Of a stretch of 24,000 nucleotides of DNA, positions 17,074 to 24,000 are shown piece by piece; within the stretch, counting starts at the first letter, position 1, and each line of letters starts with the position of its first letter. Source of the stretch: Candidatus Saccharimonadales bacterium (lineage in GTDB: Bacteria; Patescibacteriota; Saccharimonadia; Saccharimonadales; EFPC-124). Under the pieces are notes generated by a model. That model was not told the DNA's origin. It made no database searches and saw only the letters and a program-made list of their open reading frames with translations. Location: assembly GCA_035710125.1 (NCBI GenBank), contig DASTDY010000070.1, forward strand, positions 4,198 to 28,197, in the 5' to 3' direction. Both the position numbers and the translations under genes were made by a program.

Positions 17074-18357
17074 CTACTCTTGTGGTTGGTGTTTTGCCCG
17101 GATGATCTTAGCGTAAATGCGTAAGATTTTTTTACACTGCTTTTGTTCAGAAAACTCACGTGCGATTTCTTGGCTGGCGTTGCTCATGGCCTGGTAGGCA
17201 ACAGGGTCCTCTAGCACGCTATTTATTTTGGCGGCCATGTCTATGGGGTCGTTTTTGCAGAAATAGCCGTTTACGCCATCATGGACCACCTCTGTAACTG
17301 GCTCGTCAATCATGACAATTGGCAATCCTGCCTGGGCGGCTTCATGCAAGGCTAAGCTTTGCGTATCTGTTAACGAAGGGAACGCGAACACTTTGGTGGC
17401 TGCAAAGGCCTTACCCAGGTCTTCTCGGGGCAGCCTACCAGCGAAAATAATACGGTCGGCGGCCGGCGACGCAGCGGCTTTTTCTTCTAATTTAGGCCTG
17501 TATTCGGCAAAGTCACCTACATACATAAGCTTGGCGTTTGGCCGCCATTTTACAAGCTCACCGATCATTTCTATAAGCATGTCTAGGTTCTTTTCGGGGC
17601 TTAAACGTCCTACATAGGTGATAACTTGGTCATCTTTTGTTATGCCCCATTGCCGGCAAAATTCGGCCCGCTGCTTAGGAGTGGCAGGTGGAATTTGATC
17701 TACCCCTGTTGGAATAATATCTATTTTGTAATGCTCGTCGTTATTTTGCCAGCCCTGCATCTGTAAGGCGCTTTTGCGCGAATGGGCAATTACCGCATCG
17801 CAGTGGCTGTGCATGACCGTTATAAGATGTTTTACCATCTCACGGTTCCATTTTGCAGTGCCTAAACGGGGGCGGGCGGCTTTAACCATCTCGAGTAAGT
17901 CTACGCGTGACGGTTTAAACGTAAACGGCAAAATCGCACCCATGGCAAAAATACCAGGGGCGGCGAGAGGGTAGTGCTCTACGTATTCAAAAAGGTCTGT
18001 GCAATACTCGGCAACAAGCGGTTTATTCAACTTGTGGGCTGCGTAAATAGCCATCATACCGACCGTGCCAGGGGTAAGAAAATGCATCACATCTAGGTTG
18101 ATGTCGTTAATTTGGCTTAAGACTTTTGGCGGGTAAAAAAGCGAACTGTTAAAATCGTCAAAAAGTACCCCCGATACCGCCGGGAAACGAATAATATGCG
18201 GATCTGTTTCGTCTGCGCTATTGGTGAGCCCCGATGATGGGGCAAAAATAAAGACTTCGTGGCCGGCAGCTTCAAAATTGCGGCGAAGAATTTCTGTCAC
18301 ATATACTATACCGTTCAAAGAAGGACGGTAGGTGTCCGTAAAAATACCGATTTTCAT
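17074..18357 (-). CDS. Glycosyltransferase, family-4-like (GT-B)
   Basis: MKIGIFTDTYRPSLNGIVYVTEILRR...TGVDQIP...YVGRLSPEKNLDMLIE...EAAQAGLPIVMIDEP. Confidence 0.9.
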   Translation of the reverse strand: MKIGIFTDTYRPSLNGIVYVTEILRRNFEAAGHEVFIFAPSSGLTNSADETDPHIIRFPAVSGVLFDDFNSSLFYPPKVLSQINDINLDVMHFLTPGTVGMMAIYAAHKLNKPLVAEYCTDLFEYVEHYPLAAPGIFAMGAILPFTFKPSRVDLLEMVKAARPRLGTAKWNREMVKHLITVMHSHCDAVIAHSRKSALQMQGWQNNDEHYKIDIIPTGVDQIPPATPKQRAEFCRQWGITKDDQVITYVGRLSPEKNLDMLIEMIGELVKWRPNAKLMYVGDFAEYRPKLEEKAAASPAADRIIFAGRLPREDLGKAFAATKVFAFPSLTDTQSLALHEAAQAGLPIVMIDEPVTEVVHDGVNGYFCKNDPIDMAAKINSVLEDPVAYQAMSNASQEIAREFSEQKQCKKILRIYAKIIRAKHQPQE

Positions 18358-18436
18358 CTTAGATTTAGTATACAGCACGACAACTGATTTGCTATGCAAA
18401 CCCCATATATCGACCACCATACAACAGTCCAGATAC

Positions 18437-18465
18437 TTGAATTCATAAGGGTTTTATGTTATAAT
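18437..18465 (+). promoter_or_regulatory. Promoter of cassette 18513-19232
   Basis: TTGAAT, 17-nt spacer with extended TG, TATAAT. Confidence 0.75.
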
Positions 18466-18512
18466 TTGCAAAGTCGTAAGAAGAACCCACACAATCTGCG
18501 CAAGGAGAAACC

Positions 18513-19232
18513 GTGGACACCGAGCAATTGCTGATTGATGTCCGCAACACCGTGCTGGCGCAGCTCAGGCCTCTGAGCGCATTCGGCGTGTACGCCATCG
18601 GCTTCAACCCGAGCCGCGTGCAGGACCGTGAAAGCGGAAACGGGAAGTTCGGCATGAACTTCGTAATCTACGCCGGATCGGAGCTGTACACCCACCTGAA
18701 CAAGCGCGGCAACCACTGCGTGTACCCCGAACGCCTGCTGTTGATCTACCGCACATTGGCGGAGGTGCTCAAGCCCTTCACCGACAGCGGCCGACTGCAC
18801 TTCATGGCGAACGAGGCCATGCTGATGGCAACTCTCCCCGAGTTCATGTGGGAGTCGGCCGGCGTAGTACTGGACGACGACCTGGTTCGGGTGCCCCAGA
18901 GCAACATCTGGGACATCTGGGACCGCGCGCTGGCCGAAGGCTGGCTGGCGGACCGCACCAACTCAGAGCTCGACCCCTGGGGCCGCGTGCTCAACAACGC
19001 ACCCCTGTTCACCGCCGAGAACCCTGACCACAACGCGTGGGCAAGCTTCTCGGTCCTGCCCTACGACTCGAAAGAGCCGCGGACAGAAGAGGCGATGGGC
19101 ATGGCTGCTCTGACCCACATCGGTTGGAACTTCCTCGGAGAGACCGAACCTCACGAGCTCCAAGAGATCGCCGAGAAGCTGCTCAGCGACTCGGTGTTCC
19201 TCAGGCAGCACAACTGCTGGGTCTTTCTCTGA
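18513..19232 (+). CDS. Hypothetical protein (239 aa)
   Basis: GTG start with AAGGAG upstream; GC-rich ORF. Confidence 0.7.
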   Translation: MDTEQLLIDVRNTVLAQLRPLSAFGVYAIGFNPSRVQDRESGNGKFGMNFVIYAGSELYTHLNKRGNHCVYPERLLLIYRTLAEVLKPFTDSGRLHFMANEAMLMATLPEFMWESAGVVLDDDLVRVPQSNIWDIWDRALAEGWLADRTNSELDPWGRVLNNAPLFTAENPDHNAWASFSVLPYDSKEPRTEEAMGMAALTHIGWNFLGETEPHELQEIAEKLLSDSVFLRQHNCWVFL

Positions 19233-19243
19233 GCACTGCCAGG

Positions 19244-19294
19244 GTCTTCTGCGACTGCCTGCTGCGCCCCAACCGGCGCAGCAGGCAAGAAGAC
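19244..19294 (+). terminator. Two-tier GC-rich hairpin
   Basis: Outer GTCTTCT/AGAAGAC; inner 12-bp perfect GCCTGCTGCGCC/GGCGCAGCAGGC, 6-nt loop. Confidence 0.7.
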
Positions 19295-19310
19295 TCCCCC
19301 TAACCAATCT

Positions 19311-19334
19311 CACGCAACGATGCGTGGGTTTTTT
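19311..19334 (+). terminator. Intrinsic terminator
   Basis: CACGCA-ACGA-TGCGTG followed by GGTTTTTT. Confidence 0.7.
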
Positions 19335-19370
19335 ATTTTGGCAAAAATCGGTATATTACTGATAACGCCC

Positions 19371-20444
19371 ATGCCTACAAAACCTCCAATTGCACGCTTT
19401 TTTTGGCAAGATCCACAGTGGAAGCCATTTTGGCAACGCCACCGCTGGTTAAAACGGATTAGCGTTGCCATTATCGGGTTTGCTGCACTCCTGTTCGCGT
19501 TCCAGTTGCTCAATACCTTTGTGTTCACCCCTGTTAAGAATCCCTCTTACGGTGTTAGCTTTTCTGTAAAACAGGCTAAAAACCTTGGCCTAGACTGGAA
19601 AGCCGCCTACCTAGCATTGCTCGACGACCTTAAATTTAAGCACCTCCGCCTCATGTCATATTGGGACGAAAGCGAAGCAATCCGCGGCAACCTAGACTTT
19701 ACCGACTTAGACTGGCAAATGGACCAAGCCGCCGAAAGGGGAGTAAAAGTCAGTCTAGGCACTGGTTTACGTCAACCCAGATGGCCTGAGTGCCACCAGC
19801 CAGAGTGGGCAAGCAAACTAGGCGGCAACGAATGGAAACAGGCGCTTTATGCCTACATGGAGATTGTAACCAATAGATACAAGGTACACCCCGCGCTCGA
19901 AAGCTGGCAACTCGAAAACGAGGCAGTAAACGACTGGTTTGGCACCTGCGACCGTCCAGACAGAGAGCGCTTAAAAGAAGAGTTCACTCTTATGAAACTG
20001 TGGGACCCGTACCACCCCATACTTATGAGCCTCAGCGACCAGCATGGCTTCCCCCTAAACGAACCCCACCCCGACGGCTACGGCTTTTCCGTATACCGAA
20101 TAATCTGGAACGACAAATTCCCTCCAAACGGCTATATGTATTATCCAACTCCAATCTGGTACCACCAAATGCGGTCGGCAATTATAAAGGCGACCCACAA
20201 CAAACCCACCTTTATCCATGAGCTACAAATGGAACCCTGGGGACAGCAAGATTTTAAAAATCTGACAATAGAAGAACAAGACAAATCTATGAGCGTGAGG
20301 CAAATTCCAAAATCATTCAAGTTTGCCCGCCAGCTGGGCATGAAAGACATTTATTTATGGGGTGGCGAGTGGTGGTACTGGCGCATGCAACACGGCGACC
20401 CTACAGTATGGCAAACAGTCAAAGAGCAATTGCAAGCCCCTTGA
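19371..20444 (+). CDS. Membrane-anchored glycoside-hydrolase-like (TIM-barrel) protein
   Basis: N-terminal TM; GVSFSVKQAKNLGLDWKAAYLALLDDLKFKHLRLMSYWDESE...ALESWQLENEAVNDW...PTFIHELQMEPWG (candidate acid/base and nucleophile Glu). Confidence 0.7.
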   Translation: MPTKPPIARFFWQDPQWKPFWQRHRWLKRISVAIIGFAALLFAFQLLNTFVFTPVKNPSYGVSFSVKQAKNLGLDWKAAYLALLDDLKFKHLRLMSYWDESEAIRGNLDFTDLDWQMDQAAERGVKVSLGTGLRQPRWPECHQPEWASKLGGNEWKQALYAYMEIVTNRYKVHPALESWQLENEAVNDWFGTCDRPDRERLKEEFTLMKLWDPYHPILMSLSDQHGFPLNEPHPDGYGFSVYRIIWNDKFPPNGYMYYPTPIWYHQMRSAIIKATHNKPTFIHELQMEPWGQQDFKNLTIEEQDKSMSVRQIPKSFKFARQLGMKDIYLWGGEWWYWRMQHGDPTVWQTVKEQLQAP

Positions 20445-20460
20445 CCACCTAAAAAGGTCA
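20444..20460. terminator. Small bidirectional terminator between convergent genes
   Basis: TGACC-ACCTAAAAA-GGTCA. Confidence 0.4.
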
Positions 20461-20476
20461 GTACACCTGCTGCAAC

Positions 20477-21490
20477 CTACAAAATCTCTTGGTAAGCTTT
20501 TACCAAAAGCGCACCGCCAGCTTGGCTATCGAACCGTGCAGCAACCTCTTGGGCGCCCTTAACGGCATCTGCATAAAAATTCTTGTCTTTGCCCAGACGT
20601 TCAATAATAGAGGTAAAAGAGGTATCTGTGCCCCTGATGACATCCGTTCTAAATGTATCGTTATATTCAGATAAATTGCGCACCACAATTGGCAGGCCAA
20701 CTCCGGCGGCTTCTAGAACCGCCATGGGGTGGTTCTCTTGGCTCGAAGGCAAAAAGAACACATCGACTGCCTGCAAATATTGCCGCACGTTGTCGTGCAC
20801 AATAACGCCAGTAACGGTAACGTTGGGCGGCCGTTTATCTACTTGGCGCTGCATTTCATTATAGTCGGCTCCCAGATGCTTAAAGGGGATGCCGCCAATC
20901 CAAATAAACTGCACATTTGGCAATGACCTGGCGACTTTGCAGAATTGGTCAAAACGCTTGCGGGGTTGGATCTGTCCACAGCTGGCCACAATTGTGGCAT
21001 CTGGGGACAGTTTTAACCGTTTGCGCGCAGCGGCTTTATCTGCTGGAGTAGTCTTATATAAGCTCATGTTAACAGTGTTATATAACACTTTGGTCGGCCG
21101 TTTTACCTTTAATTGCTGGCGTAAGGTGATATCAACCTGTTTAGAAACCGATAATAACAGGTCGGCGCGCCCATAAAAAAAGTGCATGTACCATCTGGCA
21201 ATGCCGTAAAAATACTTGGCGCCAATTATTGACCCAACGAGCGAATCTGGCACCACGTGCACAGACACCACTTTTTTGCCTGACCCAAATAAAAGATGTA
21301 GCAAACCGTAAGGGCCAAATGTTTGGATATGTGTAATATCGGCACCGCGACGGAACTTATTTACGATTACATCTGTATCTGGTTGCGCACGCAAGGCGTG
21401 TGTCATTTCTTCGAATGCGGTATGTACGCCATGACCCTGTACCGTAAAAACGCTTTCAGAGATCATGTTGATTTTAAGTTTTCGACTCAT
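20477..21490 (-). CDS. Glycosyltransferase, family-4-like (GT-B)
   Basis: MISESVFTVQGHGVHTAFEEM...NTVNMSLYK...SCGQIQPRKRFDQFCKVA...PSSQENHPMAVLEAAGVGLPIVVRNLSEY. Confidence 0.88.
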   Translation of the reverse strand: MSRKLKINMISESVFTVQGHGVHTAFEEMTHALRAQPDTDVIVNKFRRGADITHIQTFGPYGLLHLLFGSGKKVVSVHVVPDSLVGSIIGAKYFYGIARWYMHFFYGRADLLLSVSKQVDITLRQQLKVKRPTKVLYNTVNMSLYKTTPADKAAARKRLKLSPDATIVASCGQIQPRKRFDQFCKVARSLPNVQFIWIGGIPFKHLGADYNEMQRQVDKRPPNVTVTGVIVHDNVRQYLQAVDVFFLPSSQENHPMAVLEAAGVGLPIVVRNLSEYNDTFRTDVIRGTDTSFTSIIERLGKDKNFYADAVKGAQEVAARFDSQAGGALLVKAYQEIL

Positions 21491-21580
21491 AACTAGAGGT
21501 ATTGTAGCAGATAATCACGAAACAACCGCCTACCCCCAAGGATTTCTCCAAAAAGAGCAGGCGGTCGTTCGACCAAAAAA

Positions 21581-22297
21581 CTAGCCACGTGGCAGGCAAC
21601 CTGCAGCTCCTTGCCACCACTCGCTGAGCGGTCGCTGGAGCAGGGGCCAGCCATTGCTGATATGCACGCAAATCGTGTCTGGACGGGGCATCGTGTTGTC
21701 GAGCACCACGCACACCACCCAACCCACAATGCCGCCGAGCGCCACCAGACGCATCACCATATGCCAGGCTCGCCACGGGGCTTCAACCAAGGCAGGCAAC
21801 ACCAGGGCGAACAGCGCGTAGCCGTACGTAGGCAGGATCAGCGTGTGATACACCTTGGTGGGGCTAAAAAACGCCCCCCAGGTCATGATGTTCGACTGTC
21901 CCTGCATTGAGTAGGTGACAATGGCCTCAGGGATTGTCAGGCCCAACAGGCACGCCACACCAAAGCCGACTGCCAACCAACGGAACCAGCGACGCTGATA
22001 CCACTGGTTCTCGCCGTGGAGCTCTTTGGCCAGCATGCTGGCCGCAAACCAGGTGAATCCCAAAAGCAGATCACCAGGCAAGAGTCCCAGGTACTGTTGG
22101 CTCAGGTTGACCGATCGACCCTCGACAAGCAACGCCAGAGCCAACAGGCCAACCGGAGTCGCCAACCAACCTATGTAGGGCTGGATTTTCGAGGAGTCAA
22201 AGGTCCAACGCAAGCCAGGGACAATCCGCAGTTGAATCCTCGGAAAGTCAAAAGCCCAACGAAGGCCAGGGACAATCCGCAGCTGCTGCGCCAACAT
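21581..22297 (-). CDS. Polytopic membrane protein of unknown function, with duplicated N-terminal 17-aa motif
   Basis: ORF with AGAGG upstream of ATG 22297; extended -10 TGT-TATAAT (22354-22359); about five hydrophobic helices. Confidence 0.65.
   Translation of the reverse strand: MLAQQLRIVPGLRWAFDFPRIQLRIVPGLRWTFDSSKIQPYIGWLATPVGLLALALLVEGRSVNLSQQYLGLLPGDLLLGFTWFAASMLAKELHGENQWYQRRWFRWLAVGFGVACLLGLTIPEAIVTYSMQGQSNIMTWGAFFSPTKVYHTLILPTYGYALFALVLPALVEAPWRAWHMVMRLVALGGIVGWVVCVVLDNTMPRPDTICVHISNGWPLLQRPLSEWWQGAAGCLPRG
22181..22282. repeat. Tandem duplication, 2 x 51 bp, in frame
   Basis: Minus-strand translation LRIVPGLRWAFDFPRIQ / LRIVPGLRWTFDSSKIQ (units 22282-22232 and 22231-22181). Confidence 0.85.
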
Positions 22298-22384
22298 CTG
22301 GCACCTCTTTCGGATCGAACGAACACTTCTTCCGTAACGGAATAGCAAAAAAGATTATAACATAATTGTCTTCAAAAAGCGAAT

Positions 22385-22426
22385 AGCCGCCCGCTCTCCC
22401 ACTGGTGTAGTGGGGAGCGGACGGCT
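22385..22426 (-). terminator. Near-perfect long hairpin after the 22443-23708 gene
   Basis: AGCCG-C-CCGCTCTCCCACT / AGTGGGGAGCGG-A-CGGCT. Confidence 0.65.
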
Positions 22427-22442
22427 TATCCGACCTTGAGAG

Positions 22443-23708
22443 TTACTTCTTGACCCAGGGCGGGTCAACCCAGCCAGCCGGCTTGGAGTTCTCGTTGCCC
22501 TGGGTGGGCGCCGAGGTCTCCTCGCCGGTCATCCACGGCGGCAGCGGCAGGCTCGACTGCGGCTGCACGATGTGAGGCTGGGTGCCGGTGTCGACCGGCT
22601 GCCTGTCGGCGATCCACGGGGGGACAGCCAACGGGCGGTTCTGCGGTGCGACGGACGGCTGGTCGGGTCCACGCCCGAAAGTCGGACGCTGGACGCCGCC
22701 ATCGAACGGAAGCGGTTTCACGAGCACCTCGCCGTCCTGCTGACGGACACGCACGACCTGAGTCGCATCGGAGTCGCGCTTGCTGTCGTCCACCACGCAC
22801 TCCGGCTTGGCTTTCACGAACGTCTGCTTCTTCGGCACCCAACGGGCGTGGCTGAAGCTGTTGTAGTACTTGTACCACTTCCAGACGAACAGCTTGTCAC
22901 GCTTGCCCGCAACCAGCAGACCCAGGAACACCTGAAGCTTGGGGAGCCACCCGTTGTAGGGGTGTACCAGGCTCAGGTCGACCTTGCGGCCACCGTTGCC
23001 TGCCTTGTAGTCCTTGCGTTCCTTGTTGTCCTTGATCACGGAGTTGACGAACCAGACGAACAGGCCGACTGCCATGACGCAGATCAGCTGAGCCGCCAGC
23101 ACCTTCTTGCCGACGCTGTAGTCGCCCAGAATGCCGTGCGTCAGTTCCACCGTCGTTGCCGACACGATGACCACCGTGAGGTAGGTCACCAGGAGGATCA
23201 GTGCGGTGTGCACCAGCGAGGTAGGGCTGAGCTGCTGACCGATGGTGTAGACACCCTCGTCGTTCAGCGACTTCCGCTTGGCCCACCTCATGGTGTGGTT
23301 CTTCGGACGACCCCACGCCCACGTGCGGGCCAGGGTGAAGAAGATCTCCGTTCCCTTGAGCAGCAACATCAACGCGACGCCGAGGCCCCAGCCGATGTTG
23401 TGCAGCCACGCCTCCTGGTACCACATGCCAGTTGTGTCCGGCAGGAGGATGAGGGTGGCGATGGTTCCCGCGGTGAGGGCGATGCCCACGCCGATGTCAC
23501 CGTACTTCAGTCCCTTGTACTGCGCGCTGTAGGGGATCCAGCGGTTCTCCAGGAGGAGTCCCGTGGTCCACATGAGCACGAAGGTGTAGATGAAGCCGGC
23601 GAACAGGGTGGTGAACGGCGTTGTCCACGTTGGCCAGATCTCGTAGAAGAATCTCGCCCACGGGTACAGGTTCAGCTTGTCGGGAAACGACGTGACGTCG
23701 ATGTTCAT
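22443..23708 (-). CDS. Large polytopic membrane protein with proline-rich cytosolic-like C-terminal tail, unknown family
   Basis: ORF; start MNIDVTSFPDK with GAGAGG upstream; multiple TM segments; repeated P-P-W-[IMV] motifs in the tail. Confidence 0.75.
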   Translation of the reverse strand: MNIDVTSFPDKLNLYPWARFFYEIWPTWTTPFTTLFAGFIYTFVLMWTTGLLLENRWIPYSAQYKGLKYGDIGVGIALTAGTIATLILLPDTTGMWYQEAWLHNIGWGLGVALMLLLKGTEIFFTLARTWAWGRPKNHTMRWAKRKSLNDEGVYTIGQQLSPTSLVHTALILLVTYLTVVIVSATTVELTHGILGDYSVGKKVLAAQLICVMAVGLFVWFVNSVIKDNKERKDYKAGNGGRKVDLSLVHPYNGWLPKLQVFLGLLVAGKRDKLFVWKWYKYYNSFSHARWVPKKQTFVKAKPECVVDDSKRDSDATQVVRVRQQDGEVLVKPLPFDGGVQRPTFGRGPDQPSVAPQNRPLAVPPWIADRQPVDTGTQPHIVQPQSSLPLPPWMTGEETSAPTQGNENSKPAGWVDPPWVKK

Positions 23709-23763
23709 GTGCACCTCTCGGGAAAAATGGTCGGATGGTGCGCCAGGCGGCGACACCAACATT

Positions 23764-23792
23764 ATTTTACTATATTACATAACTATTGTCAA
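23764..23792 (-). promoter_or_regulatory. Consensus promoter for the 22443-23708 gene
   Basis: Minus strand TTGACA, 17-nt spacer, TAAAAT. Confidence 0.8.
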
Positions 23793-23834
23793 TAGTACCA
23801 CCCCTGTTCGTTTTGGGTTACAATAAAGGCCAGT

Positions 23835-24000
23835 ATGGCCAAAAAACTACCCGAAACATCTGTCCAAAATCGCCGCGCAAGGCACGACTACGATCTGCGC
23901 GACGAATTTAACGTAGGCATTGTGTTAAGCGGCCAAGAAGTTAAGGCTGCCAGGAGCGGCCATGTGAGCCTAAAAGGCAGTTATGTCACCTTAAAAGCAG
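23835..24000 (+). CDS. smpB: SsrA-binding protein SmpB, N-terminal part, runs off the window
   Basis: MAKKLPETSVQNRRARHDYDLRDEFNVGIVLSGQEVKAARSGHVSLKGSYVTLKA. Not listed in the ORF track. Confidence 0.92.
   Translation, partial: MAKKLPETSVQNRRARHDYDLRDEFNVGIVLSGQEVKAARSGHVSLKGSYVTLKA

Noticed and set aside
22572-23795. Long plus-strand ORF (407 aa) opposite the membrane protein
   Set aside because: Arg/His/Val-rich mirror translation of a GC-rich gene with no promoter or SD. The minus-strand frame has TM segments, a consensus promoter and an SD.

Overview
The window looks like a chromosomal segment of a Candidate Phyla Radiation bacterium. Saccharibacteria/TM7-like is my inference. It uses ordinary stop codons; TGA terminates atpG.

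The moderate-GC backbone carries:
- a UvrD-type helicase/nuclease
- a complete F1Fo ATP synthase operon (atpBEFHAGDC, minus strand)
- a glutaredoxin + cobO-like pair
- a thermonuclease
- two family-4-like glycosyltransferases
- a membrane-anchored glycoside-hydrolase-like protein
- the 5' end of smpB

The gaps between backbone genes hold about ten to eleven very GC-rich, mostly unannotatable single-gene units. Most have an AT-rich sigma70-like promoter, a 30-80 nt leader with a Shine-Dalgarno, a GC-rich ORF and a hairpin. Promoter-proximal backbone genes instead appear leaderless or near-leaderless.

The strongest non-coding signals are:
1. Two type III hammerhead ribozymes (12930-12988 and 13654-13707) after two consecutive cassettes. 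They flank one ORF, share an upstream anti-stem hairpin, and show compensatory changes.
2. Two long hairpins with an identical ~25-nt apex (TTTTTCGACTGTCTTAGAAGAAAAA) on unrelated stems (13721-13780 and 16407-16473).
3. A DUF2690-like secreted protein split by an apparent +1 frameshift near 4987.
4. Divergent cassettes sharing a palindromic promoter.

All calls come from reading the sequence only. No database search was run.
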